The position numbers and the translations under genes are program-made. A DNA stretch of 64,000 bases. Source: Owenia fusiformis (taxonomy: Eukaryota). The notes under the pieces were generated by a model. The model did not search any database, was not told where the DNA came from, and saw only the letters and a list, made by a program, of their open reading frames with translations. Within the stretch, counting starts at the first letter, position 1; every line of letters begins with the position of its first letter. The stretch lies in the NCBI GenBank assembly GCA_903813345.2, contig CAIIXF020000001.1:42470001-42534000 (forward strand), written 5' to 3'. This document shows, one piece after another, positions 14,588 to 26,296 of the stretch.

Positions 14588-17500
14588 TTATGCTAGATCG
14601 AGTAAATTGTTTTCTGCATAAAGATGTTCTACATTGTCATAAACCACATTAGCTGCTTCGATTATTTTTCCTAATGTCTCCATCAAATCAACCTCTGGCT
14701 CTTCATGTGTGCTAGACATCTTCTCTAACAACTGCTGCCTCGTGGGAACAGCATACACTGCCACACCTACAGTCTTCCTGATAATCCAAGGGTGGTAATT
14801 ACCCAGGGTGCATTTGTATGCATCCCATGTGACCCCAGAGAGATTGTCGCCAGTGTTTTCTTTCAATCCTGTAAGGAATTGAATTACAAACTGTAACGCA
14901 CGATGTAACCGTAGTAAAGTCCGAGCTCCATGTCTGCTCTTTTTCTTCAACTTAGTATACCCTTGTTGTTGTTCATAGACTAGCATCTGACCTACATCAT
15001 CATAGTTCTCTTTGACATCAGATTCTCTATGAGCCTTCAGAATGGTGATTTTATCTTCAACGTCTGATACAACAAAGCTGAACACACTGCCCAACAGTGG
15101 GAAGAATCTGGAAGACACAAATCAAATGTTATAGGCCTACATGATTGGAAACTTGCGTAAATATGAAATTCAAATCTTGAATGTAGAAGTGAGGGTTATA
15201 AAAAGATGCATCATCTTATCATTTTAAATTTTTAACAAAAGATATTGTTTACAATGGTAATGCTTTCTTACAAAATGGTTTTCGGTATCAAATCCATGAA
15301 TATAATCCAATGTCTTTTGTAATCGATGTTACTTAAAATTGGAACACTCGACATTTTTTTCTTCAATTTTATTTTGAATTATTTAGATTATACATCATTA
15401 TACAAAATTCACTGTACGACCAATCCTTCTCGAGTTTATCACAGTGGTCTATTACAAACATGTAGCAAACACTGATGCAAAATGCCCCATAAGACTGCCC
15501 TAAAACAATATGTCACTAATGTGTGGTGACATAAAGTATGTCTCTAAACAATTCAAAAAGGGTTCTGTGCAGTAAGAATAATTGACGCATTATAAGGACA
15601 TGTGGATGAGAATGACCAATATTAATGAGATTATATCCTTAAGTTTACTTCAAGGGAAGGCAAAGCTTGCCATATCATACACATGGATCAATTACTTAAT
15701 GAAAATGTTTTTTGGTTGCTGAAAGTTTAATGCATAAAATTAGAGGGGGGCAATGCTAATGCTCTTGAAATAACCACAAACACAATTAAAATATTCTTGC
15801 TATCATTTATTTCATTTTTGGATTAACCTAAGACACAGAGTTATATATGTATATAACTGATCACAATTCAAAAGCAGCATGGCTACCTAATAATTTACTC
15901 AGCAATTGCCCAAAATCTAATCGGAGTATTGCACTAGTTGCATCTGACCATGAGAACAAGGCAATGACAACATGACACTTTTTAAATGTGATAATGATCA
16001 TTACTAAAAAAAGAATAAATGTAAGTACATTTACATTAAGTATATCATACACTGGAAATATTGCACTTAAATTTACTTCTGCTTTCTATCAACGAGTCAA
16101 CAACAATGTGTTTTATTTTTCAAAAGTTACTTTATTTTGAATCTGGATTTGCCACTGACTTTCTGTCTTCATACTAATATCTTAATTTTCAAGCGTCTTC
16201 ATATCTGGATTTAAGGGTAGTGTCTTAATGTCTGGGTGTGCGAGTGTCTTAATTTCTGAGTTTGTAGGCAGGTCTATCTTGATAACTGAATTTGCAAGTT
16301 TTTCAGAATCTGTATGTTTTAAGCCATGATGTCTCAGGGAGCGAGCAGTTTTGAAACATTTCTGACACACCTTACACACATGTGGTTTTTCTTCACTATG
16401 AGTTTTTTCATGTTCTCTCAATTTACGGGGTGCATTAAAACATTTATCACATCGAGTACATTGTAGAGTCTTCTCATTATGTGTACTGAGATGAATAGTC
16501 AACCCATTCCTTCTGCGGAATTTCTTATCACACACTTTACAGGTGTATGGCTTTTCCCCAGTATGGATTGTTATATGCTGGTTTAATCTATTGCGATTTG
16601 TGAAACCTTTATTACAATAAGAACATATGTGAGAAATCTCGCCAGTGTGAACCATATGATGCTGCTTAAGAACATATTTCTTTATAAAGCTTTTATCGCA
16701 AAGTGTACACTTATATGGCTTCTCACCAGTATGTGTCATGATGTGATACTTTAATTCAGTTTTGCTTATGAAACATTTTTCACATTGGAAACAATTGAAT
16801 GGCTTTTCACCAGTATGAATCCTCTCATGTAGCCGACATGCGTTTCTTTGACTGAAAATTTTATCACAAACTTTACACTTATATGATGTTTCACCAGAGT
16901 GTATAACCACATGTTGTTTAAGCTGTGATGCCATGGAGAATGATTCTTCACAATATTCACATTTATATGACTTTTCTCCAGTGTGTGTTTTTTCATGCTG
17001 GTTTAATGCAAATTTACTAACATATGACTTGTCACAATAGCTACATGTGAAAGGTTTCTCGCCAGTATGGGTTCGCTTATGTTGGCGCAATATATTCATA
17101 GTCCTGAAGGATTCCTCACATTCTGTACATTTATAGGGTCTCTCTCCAGTATGTATCCTAAGGTGCTCTGTTAATGAATACTTAGTAGCAAATGATTTCT
17201 CACATGATTTACATGTATATGTTTTTTTACCAGAATGTGATTTTTCATGTTCCCTTAATGCATATTGTCTTACAAAAGATTTATCACAAATTGTACATTT
17301 GAATGGTTTTTCACTAGAATGACTTCTGACATGAAGGTTAAAGACAGATACAGATGCAAATTTTTGCTCACAATATGAACAAATAAATGGTAACTTTTCA
17401 CGAGTGTGTGCCTTTTCATGATCCTTGAGTTGAGAATTAGTAGCGAAACATCTCTCACAGTACTCACATGTATGTGGTTTTTCACCAGTGTGAATAATTT

Positions 17501-20500
17501 CATGGTCCTTAAGTTTATCACTGGTAATAAAACATTTGCCACAGTATTGACATCTATGGGGACGCGCTTTAGTATGAATTAATTCATGTTCATTCAGCAG
17601 GGCAATTTTCTTGAAAACTTTCTTACAATACGAACACTTAAATGATTTTTCTCGATCAGTGTGGACTTCTTGATGTTTCTTTAAGATGGAAGTTTTGTTG
17701 AAGCATTTATTGCAATGTTTGCATTTATAGGGTCTTTCGCCAGTATGAATCATTTCATGTTGTTTAACTTTATAAATATTAATAAAGCATTTTTCACAAA
17801 ATGAACATTTAAAAGGTTTTTTTTCTTTTTGCTTATCTTCATGCTTTAATTCATGCTGTTTTAACTGAGACTTGGTGGCAAAGCATTCACAACAATTAAC
17901 GCACGTAAAAGGTGTCTCAGGCACAGATTCATCTTTAAGATGCTCAGGCATAGACCTATCTCCCATGCTAACACTGATATCAGCCTCATCAGGTTTTGAA
18001 TATTTAGAACACATGATATCTAATTTAATGAGATCTACTTCTTGCATTAAAGCATTATTGTTTGAGGTATTTTGATTATTATTGTGTATGGTGTCATCCA
18101 CATTGTCTATGTCACTTTCATCATTGTAGGAGTCATGATCATTATCAATTTCTTGTTTTACATCAATAGCTGGGCCATAATCCATATCATTTGCATATGT
18201 CATGGGTTCTTCAGAAGCATCAGTAGTGCCAACATGTTCATCATCTATGTTTTCATCCACAAGTTCATGTTTCACATCAGATGTAATATCAGTAGAGTAT
18301 AATCCATCAGTAATTGCAGGATTAACATCATCATTTACAATATATGCATTCTCTTCTTCATTAATACCACCACCAGAGGCATCATCACCATGATTAGATA
18401 CAATAATGTTATCATTTCCTACATATTCCTCATGATGTGCAGCTTGATATGTTCCTTCTGTTTCAATATAAGTGTTAAAGTCATCATCATACACAGTTAG
18501 GTCATCACTCTCTTCGTGGTTATCAATACCAACATTATGGTTATTTCCTTCCATTTCAATACTGTTAGATGCACAGACATCTTGATCATGTTCTGAATTC
18601 TCAATAAGAACAGCATCATCTACATCTTGATTGGTTCCTTCACTATCATCACTATATGTGTAAGACATGTCATCAACATCATATATATTCTCATTTTGGT
18701 AACTGTTCCCTTCATGAATATTTTCATGCTGTTTATTTCCATCCATCATGATAACAATGTTCAATAGAGATTCTCAGTTATAACATAAATATCACTCGGT
18801 AAATCTTAAATGTATAATATTCTTCTAAAATGCATCATTGTCAATGTCATCCATGGCTTCAAGTACTTGAATCACCAGCTGGTCATTTTGCTTGCTATTA
18901 TCTGCTGATGTAAAGGTATTTGCCCCTGAAAGTAAAAAATGAAGATATTAGTGGATGTTTGGTTTCCTTCATCTAGGGATCAAACAGATGGTGTTCCACC
19001 AGTGGACCATCACCAATGAAAGCTACAAGGGAGTAAAGTAGAAGATGTAGAAAAATGAAAATAGATTCAATTCAGTGGTAAAGCAGGTCACTTCAGATAT
19101 TGGTGATTCTAGCATTGGGTTGTTACATCATCTCATAATCTTATAAAATGCCTACAAAATTTAAAATCTTATTAAATGACTATTGACTGATGGAATGTTA
19201 GTCCTCAGCATTTAAGACAACAGCAACACCAAAGTGTAGCAAATCCCATCAAACAGCCATGGCTGGCATTTTTAGAAACAAAGTATATAAAAAAATAGCA
19301 TATAATAAATAGCCACTACAGTATAACCTGTATATCTGAACACCTGGCTAATCCGAACTCTTCCAATTTTAACACTTTTTTCGGTCCCATTTTTTCCTCC
19401 CATTGACTCCCATGTTAAAAAACCTTGAAATCTGAACACCTCCTAATCTGAACAGTGAACAACCAGATTTGAAAAACTGATCCGTCTAATTTGAACATTT
19501 TTATCAGAAATCAAATGTCTGGACATTTCAACAATAGCCACATATTAAGTCAATGTTCTAGTTGTTATTTATCTTTACATATACAATGTAATCAAAGCAC
19601 CAATATTGTTCTAATTAACTTATTTAGTCTCAGAGATTTAATCTCTTATTTGTGGAAAACAACAGGATGTTTTGGAAAGGTGTGAGTACATAATTGGTTT
19701 ATCCTATTAGAACTTAATATTTTATGTATTTTCAAAATGGCCACCTAAACCCCAAAGTGTCATTAGACAGTGTGCTATGCTTATAGTATTCACATATCAA
19801 ATATGAACAAAATCGCTCCACTTCTTTTCGAGTTAAAGTAAAAAACATAAAAATGGCGGCCATTTTTCAAAATGGCCACCTACAACCAAAAGTAACATTA
19901 GACAGTGCCATGCTTATAGTATTCACATACCAAATATGAACAAAACAGCAAATATCGCGAAATAGCGGGGAAAGGCCGCCATTTTTCAAGATGGCTGCCA
20001 TGTGCTTCTTTAATATTTACATTTCTAACTTTATTAATGTCCTATATAATTTTTTTACATTTAAAACATATTGCTATTACAGTTTTACATATTGTACCTA
20101 AATTACTGTAAAATTGGCACTAAAATGGCCGCCATTTTGAAACAAGTGGCCATTTTGAAAATCGGCTTTCGAGCAGAACTTCAACCCCTAAATAGCATAT
20201 GTGTACAAAGATGAACAAAATCTGGCCAACGGTATTTGAGTTATCGCCCAGACAAACGGACGGGCGGACATTATTTGTTGCTGCTGCATCAGTGTCTTCA
20301 TTCGTTGTCTTCTTTCTTTGTCTTGATTTGATTGTTGTCTTGATTAGATTCTCCAGGTCCACAGACTTGGGATTGCACATAGGTGGGTTAAACGTTTTGA
20401 TGATGGACAGACGTACAGAAGGATTGACGGAGGCATTCCCTATATCCCTCCGAACTTCATTCGATGGGATAACAAATGACTAGTGCAAATAAAAAATTAT

Positions 20501-23500
20501 CTGAGTGTGTTTAAGTGTGTGAACAAAATGTCTATATATATTTTTTGTCCATGTCTATATACATGTACATGTACAGATATTTCAGTCTGTATTTTTTTGA
20601 CCAAACATATTGACAATGTCTGAAAAGCCTATTAAAGAGAGAATCAGATCTAGCAAGCAGACTAAACAAAAATTGCTTCAAATTTAGAATATTTTTTCTC
20701 ATATCATTGCTTGTTATTTTGTATATTTGCTAAAAATCATGAAATTACATATTGGTACTTTATTCCAACTTGAGATTTTTAGAACAATGTGTTATTTATT
20801 TATTTTTTATTTCTATGGTTACCATTTTTTATTCCCAATTTTGCATTTTGAACCATTAATAACAATTTATGACATATCTTGAATCCTTTTGGAGATTATA
20901 AGGAATAGATAAGTAGGCCAATTGTACATGTTGTTTGCAACTTTGTCACCCCTAGAGATAGATCTGATTCTGCCTTTAACATCTCAAATAGTGAACAAAC
21001 TCCAGCTTCCAGCTCTAGCTTTGCAGACTAGACTAATTAGAATCCAGGGATCAAACCTAAAAACTTAACAACAGTAGGGTACATTTTAAAGGTAATGACC
21101 TTGTCAATCTGCCATAGTGTAGATTTGGTTAATATTGGAGATTGGTGTTTTGTACACACCATATGTTCTGGGCCGATATAAAGATGGCAGCACCAACAGA
21201 ATTCAGTATAACATAAATAAACACAGATCGATTACCATGCCATCTTTATCTAAAAATTATTTCTATTGACCTTAGCCTATGGTACACACTGTTACTGAGA
21301 ATATTCCATTTGTCTTCTGGTAGATTGCATTTTATCTACTTCATTGTAAGTTTTGAAATTTTAATTTATTACTTCAATGAACAATCACCTCAATTAGCTG
21401 GTTATTCTTTAATATCTTGTTTGCTTTTAGCTTCCTTTTGGAGAAGACAGGGTTGCATCTAGTACCCCCAGGGAGATCTTTGTCATATAAGGTAGATACT
21501 GTCTAGAGCTCTGGGCTGCTTCATATTCATATAATACAGGGTGTTCAAAAAAAAACGCAACCCAAAGAAATCGCTATATCTTGGAAAATACTTATCCAAT
21601 TGTGTTCATTTTTCAGGAAAGAAAGAAGAGACTATGCGTGTCTAGCTCCTGCTGTTAGTTAGTTGTAAAACATGATGTTTTGGACACCTTCTCAAAAGAC
21701 ATTAGTATTGGAAAGATACGAAAAATGCAACCAGAGGTGACTGCCAGAGCAATAAACCCTAATAACTTTCTAACCATGGTGTTTTGGCACTTCAGATTCA
21801 CCACAAATTATCTTCATATAATGTGTAGTGAATTGGGGGAGTTTCATTAAAATCACTCCAGGGACTTTACAGTCATGGTCAGAATGCCTTCTTAAGTCTG
21901 GCTGAACCAGGGTGTTTGACTGGGTTTTGAAAGCATTTCGACCAAAACTGTAAAGTCCCTGGAGTGATTTTGATTTCACTCTACAGATTTATCATACATT
22001 GAATGAAGATGATTTGTGCCAAATTTGAATAGCCAAAACACTATGGTTAGAAAGTTATTTGGTTTTATTGCTGTGGCAGTAGTCTCTGACTGCGTTTTTC
22101 GTATCTTTCCAATACTAATGTCTTTTGAGCATTTGTCCAAGGCATCATGTTTTACAACTAACTAACAACATGAGCTATACATACACAGTCTCTTCTTTCT
22201 TTCCTGAAAAATGAACACAATTGGACTAGTATTTTCCAAGATATAGCGATTTCTTTGGGTTGCGTTTTTTTTTGAACACCCTGTATTATGTATATCAAGG
22301 ATATTTTCAATTTCCTTCCATGAAACTGCATATTATTTATAGCCTAACTATTATATGGAAAACTAATTTCTGTGGTCTAAATTCAGTATCAACATAGATT
22401 TTTAGGCGCCCTTTGCCTCAATCGGTCAATCGGTACATGTATCTAAATAAATGAGTATTGTGTTTATGGTCTTACTTATGGTAAAATATTACACATATGT
22501 ATTTTAGGTTTGATTGCAGGCCTGTACCCAGGGGAGGGGGAGTTCGAACACCCCCCCTCACCAAAAATTCTTACAAATTATGCAGTTTTTCACCATTTTC
22601 ACATTTCAGGTGATTTTTGCCTTTTTTGGGGCAATGTTGTCAATATCCCCTAGGTTTTTTCATTTAATGAATTGGCTCACAAATCTGGTATTCTAGCTTT
22701 AGATCTTGTATTTTCTAAATATCTTGCAAGGCACTGACAATTAGTCTACAAAACCTAATAAATAAGCAATCACACAATTGCAAGTTTATCCTAAATCCCC
22801 CTTTCATTAGGAGCAGCCATACCAGAATTAGTCAATTTGAAAAAGACCATTTTTACATTTTTTTATCTTGAGAACATTTGAAAGTTAAAATAATTTGAGC
22901 CTAGCGCCAATTTGGAACTTGATTTCTTATAATCCAAAGTGATTATGTTTAATAACGTAAACAATTTTCCCCAACAAATCCAGTACCGTTTTGAAGCCAA
23001 GCAGCATCCCCACATAATGGTGCAAGAATTTCTTAGACAAGCTAAGGAGCTTCGAGAAAAAGCACATTCTCAACTTTTAGAAAATTAACATGGCACCAAA
23101 TGCAGTGACAAATCTTAGTCAGAGTCTCAGACTTAGTATGTATCCAACAGACTGACTAGAAGTCAGTCTGTTATGATGTACTACTGTCTTGTGGAAATTG
23201 CAGTGAAATTTTTTGCACAAAATTATCAATTACAGGAACCATTTCTTCAATAAAATAAACATTACAAAAATTCAATTAAGTAGTAAGGTACAATTAAATG
23301 CAATAAAAAGTAACACAGCATATTGTGAAGTGGAAATAAAGCTAGTTGAAGTTATAACAAATATGCAAATTAATTCACTCCATCATCCGTTTTGAAAAGC
23401 ACTTCCTAACTAAACAAATATTCTGAATTACCAAATCTTAACATAGGTTGCTTATAGTCGGATTATATTCAGACTAAATAGGATATAGTCTAGCCGCAGA

Positions 23501-25427
23501 CTGAGACTCAGATGGATATGGATATGTGTATGAGGGGAGATGTCAATGTGGTAGCCTGACAGTCATGCCAGGGTATTTCAACATAAAGGGACTTCCTAGG
23601 GGGGTACAGGGGCCAACCAGGAAGGTTCCTTTCAATTTTAAAATGAGTTGTAAACCATAGATCTATTTTTAAATGTTAAGGTTTTAAATTATATTTTATT
23701 CAAATTCTATCACTGTTAAATTATATGTCTGCTTCATATGGGCTTATTAGCCTTTTGCAGATTATTGACATAGACATACAGTGGGGAACATAAAGAATTA
23801 CTAGAGCTATGAAAATTACATGCTGTCGCACATGTAATAAATTCTTACCTCGGTGTATTCAGTGCTATATTTTCTCCGTCCTAGTACATGTAAGTCCATA
23901 TACATGTATAGTGGAATTTGTGTCCATAATGACAAATAAGAATTTGAAGCCCGATTACGCCGCTATGAGGATTGGCTCCCAGAACGCAGCATAACACGTG
24001 CCAGCTTTCAAATTGCCGTTCCGCCATTTTGAAACCTGTCACGGGTAAATAAGGTAACTGATGTTGCATTCTGGGAGTAAAACCTCCTTTGATCACAAAC
24101 ATGGCGATTCATGAAAACATTTCTTCGATTTAGAAGGGATTTATCCATCATTTGCAGGTATGAAGCTTTGGATTCATTTAATGTGCTACTTAAGTGATCC
24201 GGAATTATTTTTCTACCGCTTGGGAGAGTTTGAGATACGAAACTTAGAATTTAGCTCATTGTGACAACTTTTGATGGTTGAGATTTATTTTTGTTCCCAT
24301 TAACTACATGATGAATAGATATCTAAGAAATTCTCCATCTAAAATGTCACTCGACTTTTTGGCAATTAAAAGTCCCTGCCTGCATTTAGTAGTCATATAT
24401 TGTCATGTGCATAATTTTGAAACCATATCCTAATTATTTCACAAACCCTTTGTTGATTCTGCCATAGTTTCCAATTTGTAAACAGCATTTAGCCTTTTTA
24501 ATTGGGAACTTTTTTGAAATTTCCTAAATGGCTGCCATGTGATTCCAGAATTAACATGAGTGTGACGTGACATCACAGTTGCTCGTTCCTAGGTAACAAC
24601 AAGATCACAATTGCTCGTTTCTAGATAGCAACAAGATTTTTGATAAAATGGCACTGAATTACCCTGATTAACACCATTGATAACCAACATTAATATATTT
24701 GGAGAAACAATAAAAGGTAAGTGGAATAAATTAGAAGATGGTTTCAAGTTACCACAGAAGTCAATTTGATACTCAAGAATGCTTTCTTTGACTCATAATC
24801 ACAAAAAAGTCGAGTGACATTTTAGATGGAGAATTTCTTAAGGTACAGCTGGAAAGTAACATTTTGGTAAAAAATTGCTATACCTGCACATGTTATTTTC
24901 TGGTACAAAATAAAGTATGAAGGCATGTATCAATTTCCTTGCTTTTTTCAGGAAAGTATCATTACATTGTCTTCTTTTAGAATATCTGGTAGACGTTCAA
25001 AGGGAACTCCAGGGAATTCTGATATTTCACACTTCCTGTTTTTCCAAATTTTCTTTCAAAGTTTCCAGACAACACAGGAGCTACCATTGACCTGTTTCCA
25101 GGTTTACTAAAAGTAGACAGTGTAATGATACTTTCCTGCAAAAAGCAAGGAAATACACACATGCCTTCATACTTAATTATGTACCAGAAAATAACATGTG
25201 CAGGTATAGCAATTTTTTACCAAAATGTTACTTTCCAGCTGAACCTTAATCTAGGCTAGACTGAAAAAATCGAATGATTTACATGAGTATGACTCAAATT
25301 TAACTTACTTGACTAGTTCCTCATACGCTTCGAGATAAGGACCAATTAAAACTGAACTGTTTTCTGCGTCTGCAGCCACCAGAGATGCATGGAGACTCAA
25401 AACGTTGAAAGATTTTACATTAGCCAT
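14588..25427 (-). CDS. CPTP: Ceramide-1-phosphate transfer protein (GLTP fold), 2 coding exons, 212 aa
   Basis: Exon 1 is 25427-25309 (MANVKSFNVLSLHASLVAADAENSSVLIGPYLEAYEELVK, donor AA|GTAAGT). It splices in phase 2 to exon 2 at 15107-14588 (CAG|A TTC TTC..., FFPLLGSVFSFVVSDVEDK...RTLLRLHRALQF...AYKCTLGNYHPWIIR...NLLDLA*). The DxxxK, RLHR and YHPW motifs match the CPTP/ACD11 type rather than GLTP (WLKR). Confidence 0.9.
16182..18749 (-). CDS. C2H2 zinc-finger protein, 19 tandem fingers with acidic N-terminus, single coding exon (855 aa from first ATG)
   Basis: Uninterrupted ORF with 19 CxxC-x12-HxxxH units and many TGEKP linkers. The D/E/N-rich N-terminus carries psi-K-x-E motifs (VKHE, VKQE). 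Splice acceptor TTTTTTACTTTCAG with exon start at 18925. AATAAA on the - strand at 16131-16136 and 16112-16117. Confidence 0.93.
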   Translation of the reverse strand: MMDGNKQHENIHEGNSYQNENIYDVDDMSYTYSDDSEGTNQDVDDAVLIENSEHDQDVCASNSIEMEGNNHNVGIDNHEESDDLTVYDDDFNTYIETEGTYQAAHHEEYVGNDNIIVSNHGDDASGGGINEEENAYIVNDDVNPAITDGLYSTDITSDVKHELVDENIDDEHVGTTDASEEPMTYANDMDYGPAIDVKQEIDNDHDSYNDESDIDNVDDTIHNNNQNTSNNNALMQEVDLIKLDIMCSKYSKPDEADISVSMGDRSMPEHLKDESVPETPFTCVNCCECFATKSQLKQHELKHEDKQKEKKPFKCSFCEKCFINIYKVKQHEMIHTGERPYKCKHCNKCFNKTSILKKHQEVHTDREKSFKCSYCKKVFKKIALLNEHELIHTKARPHRCQYCGKCFITSDKLKDHEIIHTGEKPHTCEYCERCFATNSQLKDHEKAHTREKLPFICSYCEQKFASVSVFNLHVRSHSSEKPFKCTICDKSFVRQYALREHEKSHSGKKTYTCKSCEKSFATKYSLTEHLRIHTGERPYKCTECEESFRTMNILRQHKRTHTGEKPFTCSYCDKSYVSKFALNQHEKTHTGEKSYKCEYCEESFSMASQLKQHVVIHSGETSYKCKVCDKIFSQRNACRLHERIHTGEKPFNCFQCEKCFISKTELKYHIMTHTGEKPYKCTLCDKSFIKKYVLKQHHMVHTGEISHICSYCNKGFTNRNRLNQHITIHTGEKPYTCKVCDKKFRRRNGLTIHLSTHNEKTLQCTRCDKCFNAPRKLREHEKTHSEEKPHVCKVCQKCFKTARSLRHHGLKHTDSEKLANSVIKIDLPTNSEIKTLAHPDIKTLPLNPDMKTLEN
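19319..19530. mobile_element. Pogo/Tigger-like MITE remnant
   Basis: TA-CAGTATAACCTG...; repeated AATC(C/T)GAACAC motifs; internal GGTCCC...CCCATTGA...CATGTTAAAA block. Confidence 0.4.
19730..20472 (-). mobile_element. Helentron-associated (HINE/DINE-1-like) element, reverse copy
   Basis: The reverse complement of 20441-20472 matches the 5' end of the 28558 element (ATCCCA.CGAA.GAAGTTCGG.AGGGATATAG). It also has GTCC-type microsatellite remnants and internal tandem CAAAATGGCC repeats. The 3' boundary is approximate. Confidence 0.65.
20636..20975. mobile_element. Kolobok-like short non-autonomous element
   Basis: TTAA-AGAGAGAATCAGATC...GATCTGATTCTGCCT-TTAA. Confidence 0.7.
21537..22283. mobile_element. 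Tc1/mariner-type foldback MITE
   Basis: TA-CAGGGTGTTCAAAAAAAA...TTTTTTGAACACCCTG-TA. Arms of ~335 bp are inverted over almost the whole length. Confidence 0.92.
22517..22690. mobile_element. Partial copy of the CAGGCC.GTA.CCAGG MITE family
   Basis: Aligns to 31366-31480 (...CAAAAATTCTT.CAAA..ATGCAGTTTTTCACCATT). Confidence 0.6.
23849..24040 (-). other. Probable non-coding first exon of the zinc-finger gene
   Basis: CpG-containing segment with a strong donor GAG|GTAAGA at 23849/23848 and an AAAATGGCGG motif at 24021-24030. It fits the free acceptor at 18925. Confidence 0.55.
24021..24106. promoter_or_regulatory. Putative bidirectional promoter with two divergent YY1-like motifs
   Basis: CCGCCATTTT (24021-24030, - strand AAAATGGCGG) and AACATGGCG (24098-24106, + strand) point away from each other. 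Each is followed downstream by a splice donor. Confidence 0.45.
24327..24837. mobile_element. Kolobok-like MITE A
   Basis: TIR GAAATTCTCCATCTAAAATGTCACTCGACTTTTT is perfect over ~34 bp. Flanks are CTAA and TTAA. Confidence 0.8.
24842..25245. mobile_element. Kolobok-like MITE B
   Basis: TTAA-GGTACAGCTGGAAAGTAAC...GTTACTTTCCAGCTGAACC-TTAA. Inverted arms are ~135 bp. Confidence 0.88.
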
Positions 25428-25610
25428 TTATGGATTTACACATAAAAACACATTCCACATTTTTATATTACACCAATTTTGTGAACGATTAAAATGAGCG
25501 AATGAAAACTGTTCGGTATTTTTTATCTCATATTGTTACATGTATAATTCATAAGATCTAGGTTTAAAAATGGGCATTGAATAGATTTTTTCTTAATTAT
25601 TATGTTATAC

Positions 25611-25868
25611 CAGTGCTGCGCCCACTCCTTGTTTTTGATAAAAAAGGCCCGGGAAAAAAGGCCAAGTAATGCCCAAAAATGCCCACTTATTAGGCCCGAC
25701 AAAAAATTCTAGGCCCACCCAAGGGGGAACACAGGCCCGGGAAGAAGATTTAACCCCCCCCTCTCACTGTATAAAGAAAATCCATAACACAAGGAGTAGG
25801 GGGATTAATATATTCCTTGACCTGTGGGGGAGGTACTGTAGATGAGCTCCCTCCCCTCCGCGGCACTG
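25611..25868. mobile_element. GC-rich short MITE (CAGTG...CACTG ends)
   Basis: CAGTGCTGCG...CGCGGCACTG termini, with GGCCC-rich internal repeats. Confidence 0.55.
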
Positions 25869-25886
25869 GATCTACCAGTGCAGTGA

Positions 25887-26156
25887 CAGGAGCAGATCTA
25901 GGAACCAACAGGGGGGGCCAAATTTCTGGTCTGGGAAAAAACGTCGGAAAAAGATTTATGAAATGTTGAGGCCCATTTTCTTCAAAATTTGGCCTAAATT
26001 AAAAATAAGGCCTTCGAAGGCCCAGTAATGACCAAAAAAGGCCCGCTTTTTCGGGCCTCAAGGTCTTTTTTGGCCAAATTTTGTTCGGACCCTTCATTTT
26101 CTGGGCCCACCCAAGGGGACGGGGCCCCTGACACCCCCCCCCCCCCTCCGCCAGTG
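25887..26156. mobile_element. GC-rich short MITE with GGCCC repeats
   Basis: The body is homologous to ~41890-42105. Imperfect termini are flanked by AGTGA on both sides. Confidence 0.65.
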
Positions 26157-26276
26157 AGTGAGAATTAAAATCGCTATGAGCAACTCAAAATTACGAACTA
26201 ATTTTTGTATTTGAATATGTTGTTCGTTCACATAATTAGCGTATTTGCAAAATATATGGACTGTGTTCAATAGCAA

Positions 26277-26289
26277 TTTTCCCGGCAAA
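26277..26289 (+). promoter_or_regulatory. E2F-like site just upstream of the DSCC1 start codon
   Basis: TTTTCCCGGCAAA resembles the E2F consensus TTTSSCGC/TTTCCCGCCAAA, which suits an S-phase gene. Motif match only. Confidence 0.35.
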
Positions 26290-26296
26290 TAGAAAT

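Noticed and set aside
14588..15118. 176-aa ORF as a complete single-exon GLTP gene
   Set aside because: The listed start is intronic (GTG). The true N-terminus is in the exon at 25427-25309.
16766..18393. Alternative-frame and antisense ORFs over the zinc-finger CDS
   Set aside because: These are shadows of the repetitive ZNF coding sequence.
23849..24027. This exon as the CPTP first coding exon
   Set aside because: It has an in-frame TAG at 23881-23883 and no GLTP-fold similarity, and a convincing exon exists at 25309-25427.
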